Source: a virus
Lineage: Duplodnaviria; Caudoviricetes
Virus record (IMG/VR): IMGVR_UViG_3300046331_000070
Location: 1-63,331 of that record
Length of the DNA: 63,331 bases
Direction: 5' to 3' (one strand)
Part shown: piece after piece, positions 36,868 through 44,710 of the stretch
Numbering within the stretch: the stretch's first letter is position 1
How the letters are laid out: the number at the start of each line of letters is the position of its first letter
Notes under the pieces: generated by a model
Told to the model about the DNA's origin: nothing
Seen by the model: only the letters and a program-made list of their open reading frames with translations
Database searches by the model: none
Program-made: the position numbers and the translations under genes

Positions 36868-36935
36868 GCGGCAAGGTATTAACCACACAGTGGCACCCCC
36901 ATTGTGGCTTAGTGAGAATCTAGGTTGCCGCTCCA
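36868..36935 (+). ncRNA. tRNA-like RNA lacking a D-arm, Gly-type acceptor stem
   Basis: GCGGCAA/TTGCCGC-T-CCA; T-like arm CTTAG-TGAGAAT-CTAGG; 8-bp hairpin CACAGTGG/CCATTGTG. Confidence 0.65.
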
Positions 36936-36943
36936 GTTTCAAT

Positions 36944-37017
36944 CTCGGTGTAGTGTAGTGATAACATACGTGGTTTGGGACCATGTGTCGAAGGTTTGAT
37001 TCCTTCTACCGAGACCA
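36944..37017 (+). tRNA. tRNA-Pro (TGG)
   Basis: CGTGG-TTTGGGA-CCATG; CCA. Confidence 0.88.
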
Positions 37018-37019
37018 AT

Positions 37020-37094
37020 GGTAGTGTAGCATAACGGTAGTGCGCCACCTTCATACGGTGTAAAGTGTAAGTTCGATTCTTACCACTACTACCA
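37020..37094 (+). tRNA. tRNA-Met (CAT)
   Basis: CACC-TTCATAC-GGTG; CCA. Confidence 0.85.
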
Positions 37095-37103
37095 AGGTTT
37101 AAT

Positions 37104-37179
37104 ACCACCTTCGTATAATGGATGATTACCTAACGCTACGAACGTTATTACGGGAGTTCGATTCTCTCAGGTGGTACCA
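37104..37179 (+). tRNA. tRNA-Arg (ACG)
   Basis: TAACG-CTACGAA-CGTTA; CCA. Confidence 0.88.
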
Positions 37180-37186
37180 AGTTTTT

Positions 37187-37260
37187 GCTCCGATAGTTAA
37201 ATGGTATAACTTTGGCTTGATAAGCCAACATCACAAGTTCAATTCTTGTTCGGAGTACCA
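37187..37260 (+). tRNA. tRNA-Ile (GAT)
   Basis: TTGGC-TTGATAA-GCCAA; CCA. Confidence 0.9.
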
Positions 37261-37268
37261 AGTTTTAT

Positions 37269-37342
37269 TACGGTGTAGTATAATGGCAGTGCTGCGGTCT
37301 CCAAAACCGCCAGTGGGGGTTCGATTCCCTCCACCGTAGCCA
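37269..37342 (+). tRNA. tRNA-Trp (CCA)
   Basis: GCGGT-CTCCAAA-ACCGC; CCA. Confidence 0.9.
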
Positions 37343-37357
37343 ACAAAGGGAGTTATT

Positions 37358-37828
37358 ATGAAACGATTGGATTTAATGGAAGTAAAAGCGTTCATTGATG
37401 CACAGAGTCCAGAAACTAAAATTTATCTGGGTGCTGACTCAGAACGTTTTAGATTGAACGATGTGTGGTACGCTGATTACACATTAGCCGTAGTCGTTCA
37501 TATTGACGGTAGACATGGTTGTAAAATCTTTGGTGAAGTTGTTCGCGAAAGAGATTATGACCAAAAGAAAAGCAAACCTTCAATGCGTTTGATGAATGAA
37601 GTATATAAAGTTTCAGAGTTGTTTCAAAAACTATCTGACGTATTAGAAGATCGTCATGTTGAAGTTCACTTGGATATTAACCCAAACGAAATGTACGGTT
37701 CTTCATGTGTAATTAATCAAGCAATTGGTTATATCAAAGGAACTTGTAATGTTATTCCAATGGTTAAACCACAAGCGTTTGCAGCATCATATGCAGCAGA
37801 TAGATTGAAACACGTTTTATACGCATAA
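37358..37828 (+). CDS. RNase H-like YkuK/DUF458 family protein
   Basis: IYLGADS, RLMNEV, EVHLDIN, KP.AFAASYAAD. Confidence 0.8.
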   Translation: MKRLDLMEVKAFIDAQSPETKIYLGADSERFRLNDVWYADYTLAVVVHIDGRHGCKIFGEVVRERDYDQKKSKPSMRLMNEVYKVSELFQKLSDVLEDRHVEVHLDINPNEMYGSSCVINQAIGYIKGTCNVIPMVKPQAFAASYAADRLKHVLYA

Positions 37829-37835
37829 GTACAAT

Positions 37836-37911
37836 GGTGTCCATGGTCTAACGGTTATGACCCAGGATTGTGATCCCTGGAATGTGAGTTCAACTCTCAC
37901 TGGACACCCCA
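37836..37911 (+). tRNA. tRNA-His (GTG)
   Basis: G-1:C73; loop TTGTGAT; CCA. Confidence 0.88.
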
Positions 37912-37914
37912 AGT

Positions 37915-38025
37915 TTTGTAGTCTATGTCTGGTACATAGGTAAACGGCGTTGCGGAATGGCGAAAGTCACGTTAAACATCGAATCGCAAACTAATAGAGT
38001 TGTGTCTCTGCCTACTACAAATCCA
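37915..38025 (+). ncRNA. Structured RNA, family B, ending in TCCA
   Basis: TTTGTAGT/ACTACAAA-T-CCA; inner CTATGT/ACATAG, TTGCG/CGCAA, TGGC-GAAA-GTCA, AGAG/CTCT. Confidence 0.55.
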
Positions 38026-38027
38026 AT

Positions 38028-38101
38028 GCCTCGGTAGTTTAATGGTAGAACGCCATCCTTACACGGTGGATATGGGAGTTCAATTCTCCAACGAGGTACC
38101 A
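38028..38101 (+). tRNA. tRNA-Val (TAC)
   Basis: CCATC-CTTACAC-GGTGG; CCA. Confidence 0.88.
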
Positions 38102-38103
38102 AT

Positions 38104-38179
38104 GCATCTTTAGCTGATGTGGTCATAGCAGGCGCCTGAAGAGCGTCGGAACGTGGTTCGATTCCACGAGGATGCACCA
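38104..38179 (+). tRNA. tRNA-Phe (GAA)
   Basis: GGCGC-CTGAAGA-GCGTC; CCA. Confidence 0.9.
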
Positions 38180-38230
38180 GAATTTATTATATATACTATT
38201 GCTCAATAAGAGTATTTTAGAGGAGTTATC

Positions 38231-38527
38231 ATGCGATTTTTAAAAACGATGATGTTCCTATTATGCCTAACAAGCACAATAGTGTATGCAGATGCACCAA
38301 CGCCGTATGAGTTACAAAAACCAGTAAAGTGTGCGAAAGCAAAAGAATTATTGGAATATTTTGAAAGTGAATATGGTGAAAAATTGTCATGGGTCGGAAA
38401 AGATGAAGCGTCCGATTCATTCATTGCAATTTTAATGAATAAAACAAATACAACTTGGACGATTGTACAATACACTCCACAAGTTGCATGTGTATTAGGT
38501 TCTGGTAAACAAGCCAGTCCTATTTGA
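38231..38527 (+). CDS. Hypothetical exported protein
   Basis: AGGAG SD; Sec-type signal peptide (..IVYA/DA); two Cys in the mature part. Confidence 0.65.
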   Translation: MRFLKTMMFLLCLTSTIVYADAPTPYELQKPVKCAKAKELLEYFESEYGEKLSWVGKDEASDSFIAILMNKTNTTWTIVQYTPQVACVLGSGKQASPI

Positions 38528-38534
38528 TGAAAAT

Positions 38535-38609
38535 GCTTCGGTAGCATAATGGTTAATGCCACTGCCTCTAAATCAGCCTATGTGGGTTCAATTCCCACCC
38601 GATGCACCA
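38535..38609 (+). tRNA. Putative amber suppressor tRNA (CTA)
   Basis: Canonical spacing places loop CTCTAAA with anticodon CTA; anticodon stem has only 3 WC pairs (CTG/CAG); D- and T-arms intact; CCA. Confidence 0.7.
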
Positions 38610-38626
38610 TTTATAAGGAGAAGTTT

Positions 38627-38665
38627 ATGAAAGAGTTTTTCGCATAGATTACACACCCGCCATAA
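38627..38665 (+). promoter_or_regulatory. Leader mini-ORF MKEFFA(TAG)ITHPP(TAA)
   Basis: Strong SD TAAGGAG; in-frame TAG at 38645, TAA at 38663 abutting the anti-SD strand. Confidence 0.55.
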
Positions 38666-38719
38666 ATTCTTCTTGTTAACCTGAGTAATAAATTATTTTA
38701 AATAACAAGGAGAATTACA

Positions 38720-39121
38720 ATGAGTATCGAATTAAAAATCAAATCAAAACATTTAAGCCTAGAATCAAAAGTCATTCGTTTTGAAGAACAGAAATTACAG
38801 AAACAAATACAGTGGCACACCAGTAGAGAAAAGAAACAAGCATGGGAAATAAAAGATGCTTGGCCATTATGTTTAAAAATCGGCAGTCTTACTTCACATC
38901 GAAAGTATAATGTTCGTAATGAAAATAGAGCAACTTTCTTAGCAAGAGCATATCTTGCAGGACAACCTTATAATCAAGTAGAGAATAAGAGAAAACCAGA
39001 GAAAGAAGGTACGTTTGAGATGGTCGTATTACCTAGAGTTTTAAAGATGGTTCAGAAATATGGTGGACGGAAAACCAGGGAATTAACGCTTGACAAACTC
39101 AAAGAATGGTGTTATAATTAA
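38720..39121 (+). CDS. Hypothetical basic protein
   Basis: SD AAGGAG lies inside a 14-bp hairpin; Lys/Arg-rich helical ORF. Confidence 0.7.
   Translation: MSIELKIKSKHLSLESKVIRFEEQKLQKQIQWHTSREKKQAWEIKDAWPLCLKIGSLTSHRKYNVRNENRATFLARAYLAGQPYNQVENKRKPEKEGTFEMVVLPRVLKMVQKYGGRKTRELTLDKLKEWCYN
39090..39118 (+). promoter_or_regulatory. Sigma70 promoter upstream of tRNA-Leu
   Basis: TTGACA-17 nt-TATAAT with extended TGn. Confidence 0.8.
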
Positions 39122-39130
39122 CAAATAAAT

Positions 39131-39207
39131 GCGGGAGTGGCGAAAATGGTAAACGCAGCGGTCTTAGAAGCCGTAAGCTGAGAGTTCGAGTCTCTCCTTC
39201 CGCACCA
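39131..39207 (+). tRNA. tRNA-Leu (TAG), short variable loop
   Basis: GCGGT-CTTAGAA-GCCGT; A73; CCA. Confidence 0.88.
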
Positions 39208-39213
39208 ATTAAT

Positions 39214-39289
39214 CTGGCGTTCGTATATCGGATTAATACAGCGCTCTTCTAAAGCGCGAAGGGGGGTTCGATTCCCTCACGCCGGACCA
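39214..39289 (+). tRNA. tRNA-Arg (TCT)
   Basis: GCGCT-CTTCTAA-AGCGC; CCA. Confidence 0.9.
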
Positions 39290-39338
39290 GTTTAAAACCA
39301 AAATGTTATAAATATATTTATTACACTTTGGAGTTCAG

Positions 39339-39836
39339 ATGCAAAAACGCTCACAGAATAGAGATTTGGCTATACAACAAAAACAAAAAACGTACATGAG
39401 TACACCATGTAAAAAGTGTGGTTCGGAAGAAAAATACGTTTCGAGTTATGGTTGTGTGAGTTGTAATATTGAAAGAAATTCTCACAAATTATTTGATGAA
39501 GAATTGATGAGTAAATATAAAACACCTGCTGTATTAAATTCAAAAACATACAGATATAGAACTAAAAAAAGAAATCAAATGCCGGATGATGCAGATCCAA
39601 AATTAATATTAAAATTTTATGAAGAATCTGAAAGATTGACCAAAGAAACTGGAATAAAATATAGTGTAGATCATATTATACCGATTTCTAAAGGTGGTTT
39701 ACATCACCAAGACAATCTTCAAGTGATAACATTAAGTGAAAATAGTAGAAAAGGAAATAGATTATGCCAGCAGTATTCCTCACATCCGACAGCCACTTCG
39801 GACACACCGGTGTGTGTAGATTCACTGATTCTGTGA
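39339..39836 (+). CDS. HNH endonuclease
   Basis: CxxC..CxxC, VDHIIP..KGGLHH..NLQ...EN..K; late promoter TATAAATA at 39307. Confidence 0.88.
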   Translation: MQKRSQNRDLAIQQKQKTYMSTPCKKCGSEEKYVSSYGCVSCNIERNSHKLFDEELMSKYKTPAVLNSKTYRYRTKKRNQMPDDADPKLILKFYEESERLTKETGIKYSVDHIIPISKGGLHHQDNLQVITLSENSRKGNRLCQQYSSHPTATSDTPVCVDSLIL

Positions 39837-40333
39837 CAGGTTTAAAGATTAGACCATGGACCGATCCAGATGAAATGGATGAGGAAATGGTCAAAAGATG
39901 GAACGATACGGTACGACCAAACGATAAAGTTTACCACCTTGGTGATGTTGTTATCAACCGTAAGGCACTCAAAACTATGAGCAGACTTAACGGTGATAAA
40001 GTTCTCATTCGTGGTAACCATGATATCTTCCGTGATGAAGAATATCGTGAATATTTTCGTGAACTTCGTGCATATCATGTAATGAACGGAATGATTCTTT
40101 CACATATTCCTATTCATGAAGAAAGTATTGGTCGTTTTGGAACAAACATTCATGGACACCTACATACAAGGCGTGTCATGAAAGATGGAATAATTGATCC
40201 AAGATACCATTGCGTATGCGTTGAACAAACAGACTTTGCACCTATTCTTTTCGAAGATGTTGTTAAGAGAATCTTAGCTGAAGGTGGTTCTGTTGGATTC
40301 AAAGAAAGAGTAGTCCGGTCCTCTGCTGATTAA
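39764..40333 (+). CDS. Calcineurin-like metallophosphoesterase
   Basis: SDSHFGH, HLGDV, GNHD, HGHLH. Confidence 0.9.
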   Translation: MPAVFLTSDSHFGHTGVCRFTDSVTGLKIRPWTDPDEMDEEMVKRWNDTVRPNDKVYHLGDVVINRKALKTMSRLNGDKVLIRGNHDIFRDEEYREYFRELRAYHVMNGMILSHIPIHEESIGRFGTNIHGHLHTRRVMKDGIIDPRYHCVCVEQTDFAPILFEDVVKRILAEGGSVGFKERVVRSSAD

Positions 40334-40421
40334 TCAGTACGATATGGCCAGAATTTACTGGTGAAATTATACGACGGTATAATGTACGGACATCTCGGGT
40401 GTGAGAAACACCCACGAATTT

Positions 40422-40508
40422 GCGAGTGTGGTGAAATAGGTAGACACAACAGACTTAAAATCTGTCGCTCGTGAGGGCGTGCCGGTTCGATTCCGGCCAT
40501 TCGCACCA
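40422..40508 (+). tRNA. tRNA-Leu (TAA)
   Basis: ACAGA-CTTAAAA-TCTGT; long variable arm; CCA. Confidence 0.92.
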
Positions 40509-40530
40509 GTTTAGCACTATATAAAGATAT

Positions 40531-40605
40531 GCGGGCATAATTCAGTGGTAGAATGCTTCCTTGCCAAGGAAAATGTCGAGAGTTCGAATCTCTCTGCCCG
40601 CTCCA
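40531..40605 (+). tRNA. tRNA-Gly (GCC)
   Basis: TTCC-TTGCCAA-GGAA; U73; CCA. Confidence 0.92.
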
Positions 40606-40615
40606 TGATTAACTT

Positions 40616-40870
40616 ATGAAAGACAACATGAACATTAGACCATTATCAAATAAAGTTGCAGTTAAACGTATGGCTGCGGAGAAAGCAACCGCTTCTGGTA
40701 TCATCCTTAAACGCACAGAAGAACCAGATCGTGCATTAGTTACTGCAATTGGTCCTGACATTACAGAAGTTGAAACTGGTGATGTTGTATTGCTAAATTG
40801 GAACAAAGCGACCAAATTTGATGATGATATGTTTATCATCAGTATTGATGAAATCGTTTTAGTTTATTAA
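40616..40870 (+). CDS. groES: Co-chaperonin GroES (Cpn10)
   Basis: IRPL.NKV.V, TASGII, V.AIG, GD.VL. Confidence 0.85.
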   Translation: MKDNMNIRPLSNKVAVKRMAAEKATASGIILKRTEEPDRALVTAIGPDITEVETGDVVLLNWNKATKFDDDMFIISIDEIVLVY

Positions 40871-40876
40871 ACGATT

Positions 40877-41044
40877 ATGTCTGACGGCGGTAAAGGAAGT
40901 AACCCAAGACCTTTCAGTGTTGATTCAAAAACATTTGAAAGTAATTGGGATAACATCTTCAAGAAAACACCAAAAGAGATTGATGATTCAAAGGCCGAAG
41001 ATGAGGCCTTTGAATCTATCATTAATAAAAAAACTACGGATTAA
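40877..41044 (+). CDS. Small hypothetical protein (55 aa, MSDGGKGSNPRP..NWDNIF)
   Basis: Fills the gap after groES; below the ORF-track cutoff. Confidence 0.6.
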   Translation: MSDGGKGSNPRPFSVDSKTFESNWDNIFKKTPKEIDDSKAEDEAFESIINKKTTD

Positions 41045-41586
41045 TACCTGTAATACATAATCATCCACCACAATCCGTAAAATAGACCCGAAACAACAGT
41101 TATACTTGTTATGACTGTTGCCCACAACTCCACATTACTCCAAAACATCTCACGTTTTCTTTCTTTGATTCGTGCTTGTCTTTTTATTTCTAGAACGCGC
41201 TCAGTTTCTGCTTTGATCTTTGCTTGATCTGCTAAACGGCGTTTCTCTAATATCTCATCGCGTTTACGTTCCATTGCAAACCAAACTTCCGCAGAGTCTA
41301 GTTCATAGATAATCATATTTCTCAATGCTTCTTCATCATCTTTTAATTGTTTTTCTTTCAAAACAATATCTAATGCCATCATTGTAACATCTTCTGTACA
41401 ATTTGGATCATTAGCTGCACGTTGCAATTCTACTGCGGCCACTTTTACTTCTGCTGAACTCTTAAAGAAACTACCTAAATCTTGCGTTACAGATTGTATA
41501 TCTTTACCTAATGCTATTGCTTGTTTAATACCTTTTACTGCCGCTTGCGCTGCGGTGAACGCTAAACCAATTGTTACTGGATCCAT
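41041..41586 (-). CDS. Coiled-coil protein with C-terminal transmembrane helix
   Basis: Start at MDPVTIG; charged coil; hydrophobic C-terminus. Confidence 0.7.
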   Translation of the reverse strand: MDPVTIGLAFTAAQAAVKGIKQAIALGKDIQSVTQDLGSFFKSSAEVKVAAVELQRAANDPNCTEDVTMMALDIVLKEKQLKDDEEALRNMIIYELDSAEVWFAMERKRDEILEKRRLADQAKIKAETERVLEIKRQARIKERKREMFWSNVELWATVITSITVVSGLFYGLWWMIMYYRY

Positions 41587-41597
41587 CTTTTTCTCTC

Positions 41598-42143
41598 TTA
41601 AAGGAGTGTTGTGAACATCCAATAAGCATTACCCAACAAAATTGCACCAAACACACCCACACATACACTTGACCAAAACAATCCCATGCTCACCGATAAT
41701 ATAGCAGCGGATAATAACACTATTGAAATTTGTAATGCAGAACCTGCAAAAGTGTACCAAGGACTACGTTGTTTGGCATCAGCACGACCTTCTTCCAACT
41801 TAATCGCTTTGGCCATCAACTCCTTCTTACCTTCACCCGTAATCGGGTTACTCTCATAACTTTCTGCTTTACTTCTATATTTTTCTGCATTTCTTTTGTT
41901 GCCTAAATCTTCTGCTTGTGCAGCAGCTAATTCATATGCAGTCTGTTTAATACTTTTTGCTTGGTAGAATGACCAAGTGTCATTTGCTTGAATTGTATTT
42001 GTTAATATTTTACTACTGTTACTATTTGCAAAATATGTATTAATTGCCAACAAAGCAGCGATGACCGTGATTGCCCATCCTGCTCGGTCTTTAATATGTG
42101 CTTCGCGTTCTGATCTTGATTGCTTCTTAATTTCTTCTGACAT
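41598..42143 (-). CDS. Membrane protein, DUF4337-like
   Basis: About 3 TM segments; ANDTWSFYQAKSIK motif. Confidence 0.7.
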   Translation of the reverse strand: MSEEIKKQSRSEREAHIKDRAGWAITVIAALLAINTYFANSNSSKILTNTIQANDTWSFYQAKSIKQTAYELAAAQAEDLGNKRNAEKYRSKAESYESNPITGEGKKELMAKAIKLEEGRADAKQRSPWYTFAGSALQISIVLLSAAILSVSMGLFWSSVCVGVFGAILLGNAYWMFTTLL

Positions 42144-42150
42144 TCTTACC

Positions 42151-42381
42151 TCATTTGCCTCGGATGGTCAATTTCATATCGTCTGCAAGTTTTGTGATCG
42201 CCTCGTCTGCATTTTTTAATACTGGACCCCAAAACCCACCAGTTAGTGCGTCCAACGCCTTGGTATAGTGGTGGAATCCATTTCTTTTCAGGTCTACAAA
42301 CTCACACAAGAAGGTGTTCTGTTTTGCAACCAGGTCGTTTATAGTCATTGGTACGATAGGTACGGTTTGTGTCCACAACAT
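42151..42381 (-). CDS. Hypothetical protein
   Basis: AAGGA SD before MLWTQ; minus-strand CATAAATA at 42419-42426. Confidence 0.55.
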   Translation of the reverse strand: MLWTQTVPIVPMTINDLVAKQNTFLCEFVDLKRNGFHHYTKALDALTGGFWGPVLKNADEAITKLADDMKLTIRGK

Positions 42382-42450
42382 AATTATGTCCTTAAAAGAA
42401 TGGCAATTACCATTATTGTATTTATGTCGAATAGTTACCACAAATATATC

Positions 42451-42479
42451 TTGACTTTTGCACAATCATAGATTATAAT
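42451..42479 (+). promoter_or_regulatory. Sigma70 promoter of the DNA polymerase operon
   Basis: TTGACT-17 nt-TATAAT. Confidence 0.75.
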
Positions 42480-42543
42480 AAGGTGTAGTTTTTCAGATGT
42501 TATAAGTAAAAACCTTACCAACCCACAATATCATGGAGATTAT

Positions 42544-42852
42544 ATGGATATTATTGTACTAAAACTCACCTCAAACGAAGAAGTCCTAGCAGAGATTGAA
42601 TCTCAGTCAGACACCCAATACGTTCTTAAAAACCCAGTAGGAGTCGCAATTGTCCGTGGCAAAGATGGACAACCTAGTGTCGGTTTCGCACCATTCCCAC
42701 TTCATGCAGAACAAAAATCAAATGCAATCATTGCCATTGATAAGTCACATGTAGTATATTCTTATGTTCCTGCTGAAGATTTTATCAGTAATTATAACCA
42801 GATTTTCGGTTCAGGTATCGTATTGCCTTCACAACAAATCATCACAGGTTAA
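42544..42852 (+). CDS. Hypothetical protein upstream of gp43
   Basis: GGAG SD; KL..EE..A..LKNP..Y...FGSGI..P pattern. Confidence 0.7.
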   Translation: MDIIVLKLTSNEEVLAEIESQSDTQYVLKNPVGVAIVRGKDGQPSVGFAPFPLHAEQKSNAIIAIDKSHVVYSYVPAEDFISNYNQIFGSGIVLPSQQIITG

Positions 42853-44147
42853 TGAAAAACTTCTATACTAATGTCCAGAATGTCGGTGGAAATATTCTCT
42901 ACCGTGGAATTATGGATGGAAAAAGAGTAAAGCAGAAGATCGAATACTCTCCATCCCTTTATGTGCCATCCAAGAAAAAGGAAACACAATATAAGACACT
43001 TGATGGACAATATCTAGACAGAAAACTATTTGGTAACATCTATGAAGCCAGAGATTACGTTAAACAATTTGACGGGGTTTCTGGTGGAGTAAAAATCTAT
43101 GGTAATACCAGATATGAATATGCCTACATTGCAGAACAACATGCAGAAATGGTTGAATGGGACCAAGATAAAATTCTGACTGCAATTATCGATATTGAGG
43201 TTGGATCAGAAAATGGTTTCCCTGATCCATATTTGGCCAATGAACCTATCACAGCAATTGCCATTACCTATATTGGTGGTCAGACCATCGTATTTGGTTG
43301 TGGTGATTATGTGGTACAAGGTGAAGAAATCTATATTAAATGTAGAGACGAATGGACTCTTTGTAAGAAGTTCATGGAAGTATGGACTAAAAAGTGTCCA
43401 GATATCATCACGGGTTGGAATACCAAGTTCTTCGATATTCCATACATTGTCAATCGGTTTCGTAAGATTCTAGGTGAAGATGAAACTCGTAAATTGTCTC
43501 CATGGTTCTATATCAAAGAACGTAAGACAAACATCAATGGTCGTCAACTGATTGCATATGAAATGGTTGGTGTATCTTCTCTTGATTATATCGAACTATA
43601 CAAATGGTATGCACCAGGTGGAAAGTCACAAGAATCCTATCGACTGGATGCTATTGCACAGGTCGAATTAGGTGAAGGTAAAATCTCGTATGATGAATAT
43701 GAGAACTTGCATCAATTGTATCGTTTGAACTATCAGAAGTTTATTGAATACAACATCAAAGACGTTGCACTGATTCTACGGTTGGAAGATAAGTTGAAAT
43801 TGTTGGAGTTGGCAATGACTCTGGCATACGATACCAAATGTAATTATGAGGATGTATTTGCACAAACTCGTATGTGGGATTCACTGACATATTCTTATCT
43901 GTTGCAGAAAGATATTATTGTTCCTCCACGCGAGACTCAGGACAAAGATGCTGCATTTGAAGGTGCCTATGTTAAAGAAGTTCAGGTAGGTAAACATGAT
44001 TGGGTTGCATCATTCGACTTGAACAGTCTGTATCCTCACTTGATGATGCAATATTCCATAAGTCCTGAAAATCTTGTGGAAAGAAGCTATATTGAAGGTA
44101 GAAAACAAAAATTAATTAATGAATTAAAGTCGAGAAATACTAAATAA
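42852..44147 (+). CDS. gp43: Family B DNA polymerase gp43, N-terminal part (exonuclease plus motif A)
   Basis: DIEV ExoI, GWN..FD ExoII, YN..D ExoIII, SFDLNSLYP. Confidence 0.95.
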   Translation: MKNFYTNVQNVGGNILYRGIMDGKRVKQKIEYSPSLYVPSKKKETQYKTLDGQYLDRKLFGNIYEARDYVKQFDGVSGGVKIYGNTRYEYAYIAEQHAEMVEWDQDKILTAIIDIEVGSENGFPDPYLANEPITAIAITYIGGQTIVFGCGDYVVQGEEIYIKCRDEWTLCKKFMEVWTKKCPDIITGWNTKFFDIPYIVNRFRKILGEDETRKLSPWFYIKERKTNINGRQLIAYEMVGVSSLDYIELYKWYAPGGKSQESYRLDAIAQVELGEGKISYDEYENLHQLYRLNYQKFIEYNIKDVALILRLEDKLKLLELAMTLAYDTKCNYEDVFAQTRMWDSLTYSYLLQKDIIVPPRETQDKDAAFEGAYVKEVQVGKHDWVASFDLNSLYPHLMMQYSISPENLVERSYIEGRKQKLINELKSRNTK

Positions 44148-44176
44148 GTAGATGTGGTTACTTAATAGGAAAATCG

Positions 44177-44710
44177 ATGAAATATGATATTACTAAAGAT
44201 AAGCTTTATGAATTGTTTATTGATAAAAATATGAGGCGCAGTGAGGTTGCTGAATATTTTGGATGTTCTGAGGCAAACATCAAGAAATACCTACAAAAGT
44301 TTGACATAAAGAAACCTTTTGTGTTAGAATGTAGAAACAAAGAACGCAAGGCCAAGGTCAAGTGTTTACATTGTGATGAAGCATATCAAACTCAACAGTT
44401 TAGAACCGAGAGTGAAAAATACGATTCAAAGTATTGTAGTTATTCTTGTGCTCAAAAAAGTCGTTACCTAGGTGAAGAACATAAACAAAGAATTAGAAAT
44501 GAAATTTCTGCAAGACGTAGAGCCAGATTACGCAATCAAACACCAAATTTGTCTAAGGAAGAAAAACAGAAAATGCAAGAGTATTATTTGATTTGTCCTA
44601 AAGGATATGAAGTAGATCATATACAACCAATTGCAAAAGGTGGATTACATCATCCGGACAATTTACAAATATTGACTAAAACTGAAAATAGAAAGAAGTG
44701 GTGTAAATAA
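44177..44710 (+). CDS. HNH homing endonuclease splitting gp43
   Basis: N-terminal HTH, zinc finger, VDHIQP..KGGLHH..NLQ...EN.KK. Confidence 0.88.
   Translation: MKYDITKDKLYELFIDKNMRRSEVAEYFGCSEANIKKYLQKFDIKKPFVLECRNKERKAKVKCLHCDEAYQTQQFRTESEKYDSKYCSYSCAQKSRYLGEEHKQRIRNEISARRRARLRNQTPNLSKEEKQKMQEYYLICPKGYEVDHIQPIAKGGLHHPDNLQILTKTENRKKWCK

Noticed and set aside
35027-38177. Short ORFs crossing tRNA genes (e.g. 35027, 35234, 36298, 36726, 37118, 37923)
   Set aside because: They overlap clear tRNAs or structured RNA and lack SD sequences and protein motifs
38535-38609. Reading this tRNA as Arg (TCT)
   Set aside because: Shifting the loop by one base destroys the anticodon stem, and a normal tRNA-Arg(TCT) exists at 39214
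31766-40413. Hammerhead, HDV/theta, twister or pistol ribozymes, tmRNA or RNase P RNA among the spacers
   Set aside because: I could not match complete catalytic cores or termini by eye; an Infernal/Rfam scan is still needed
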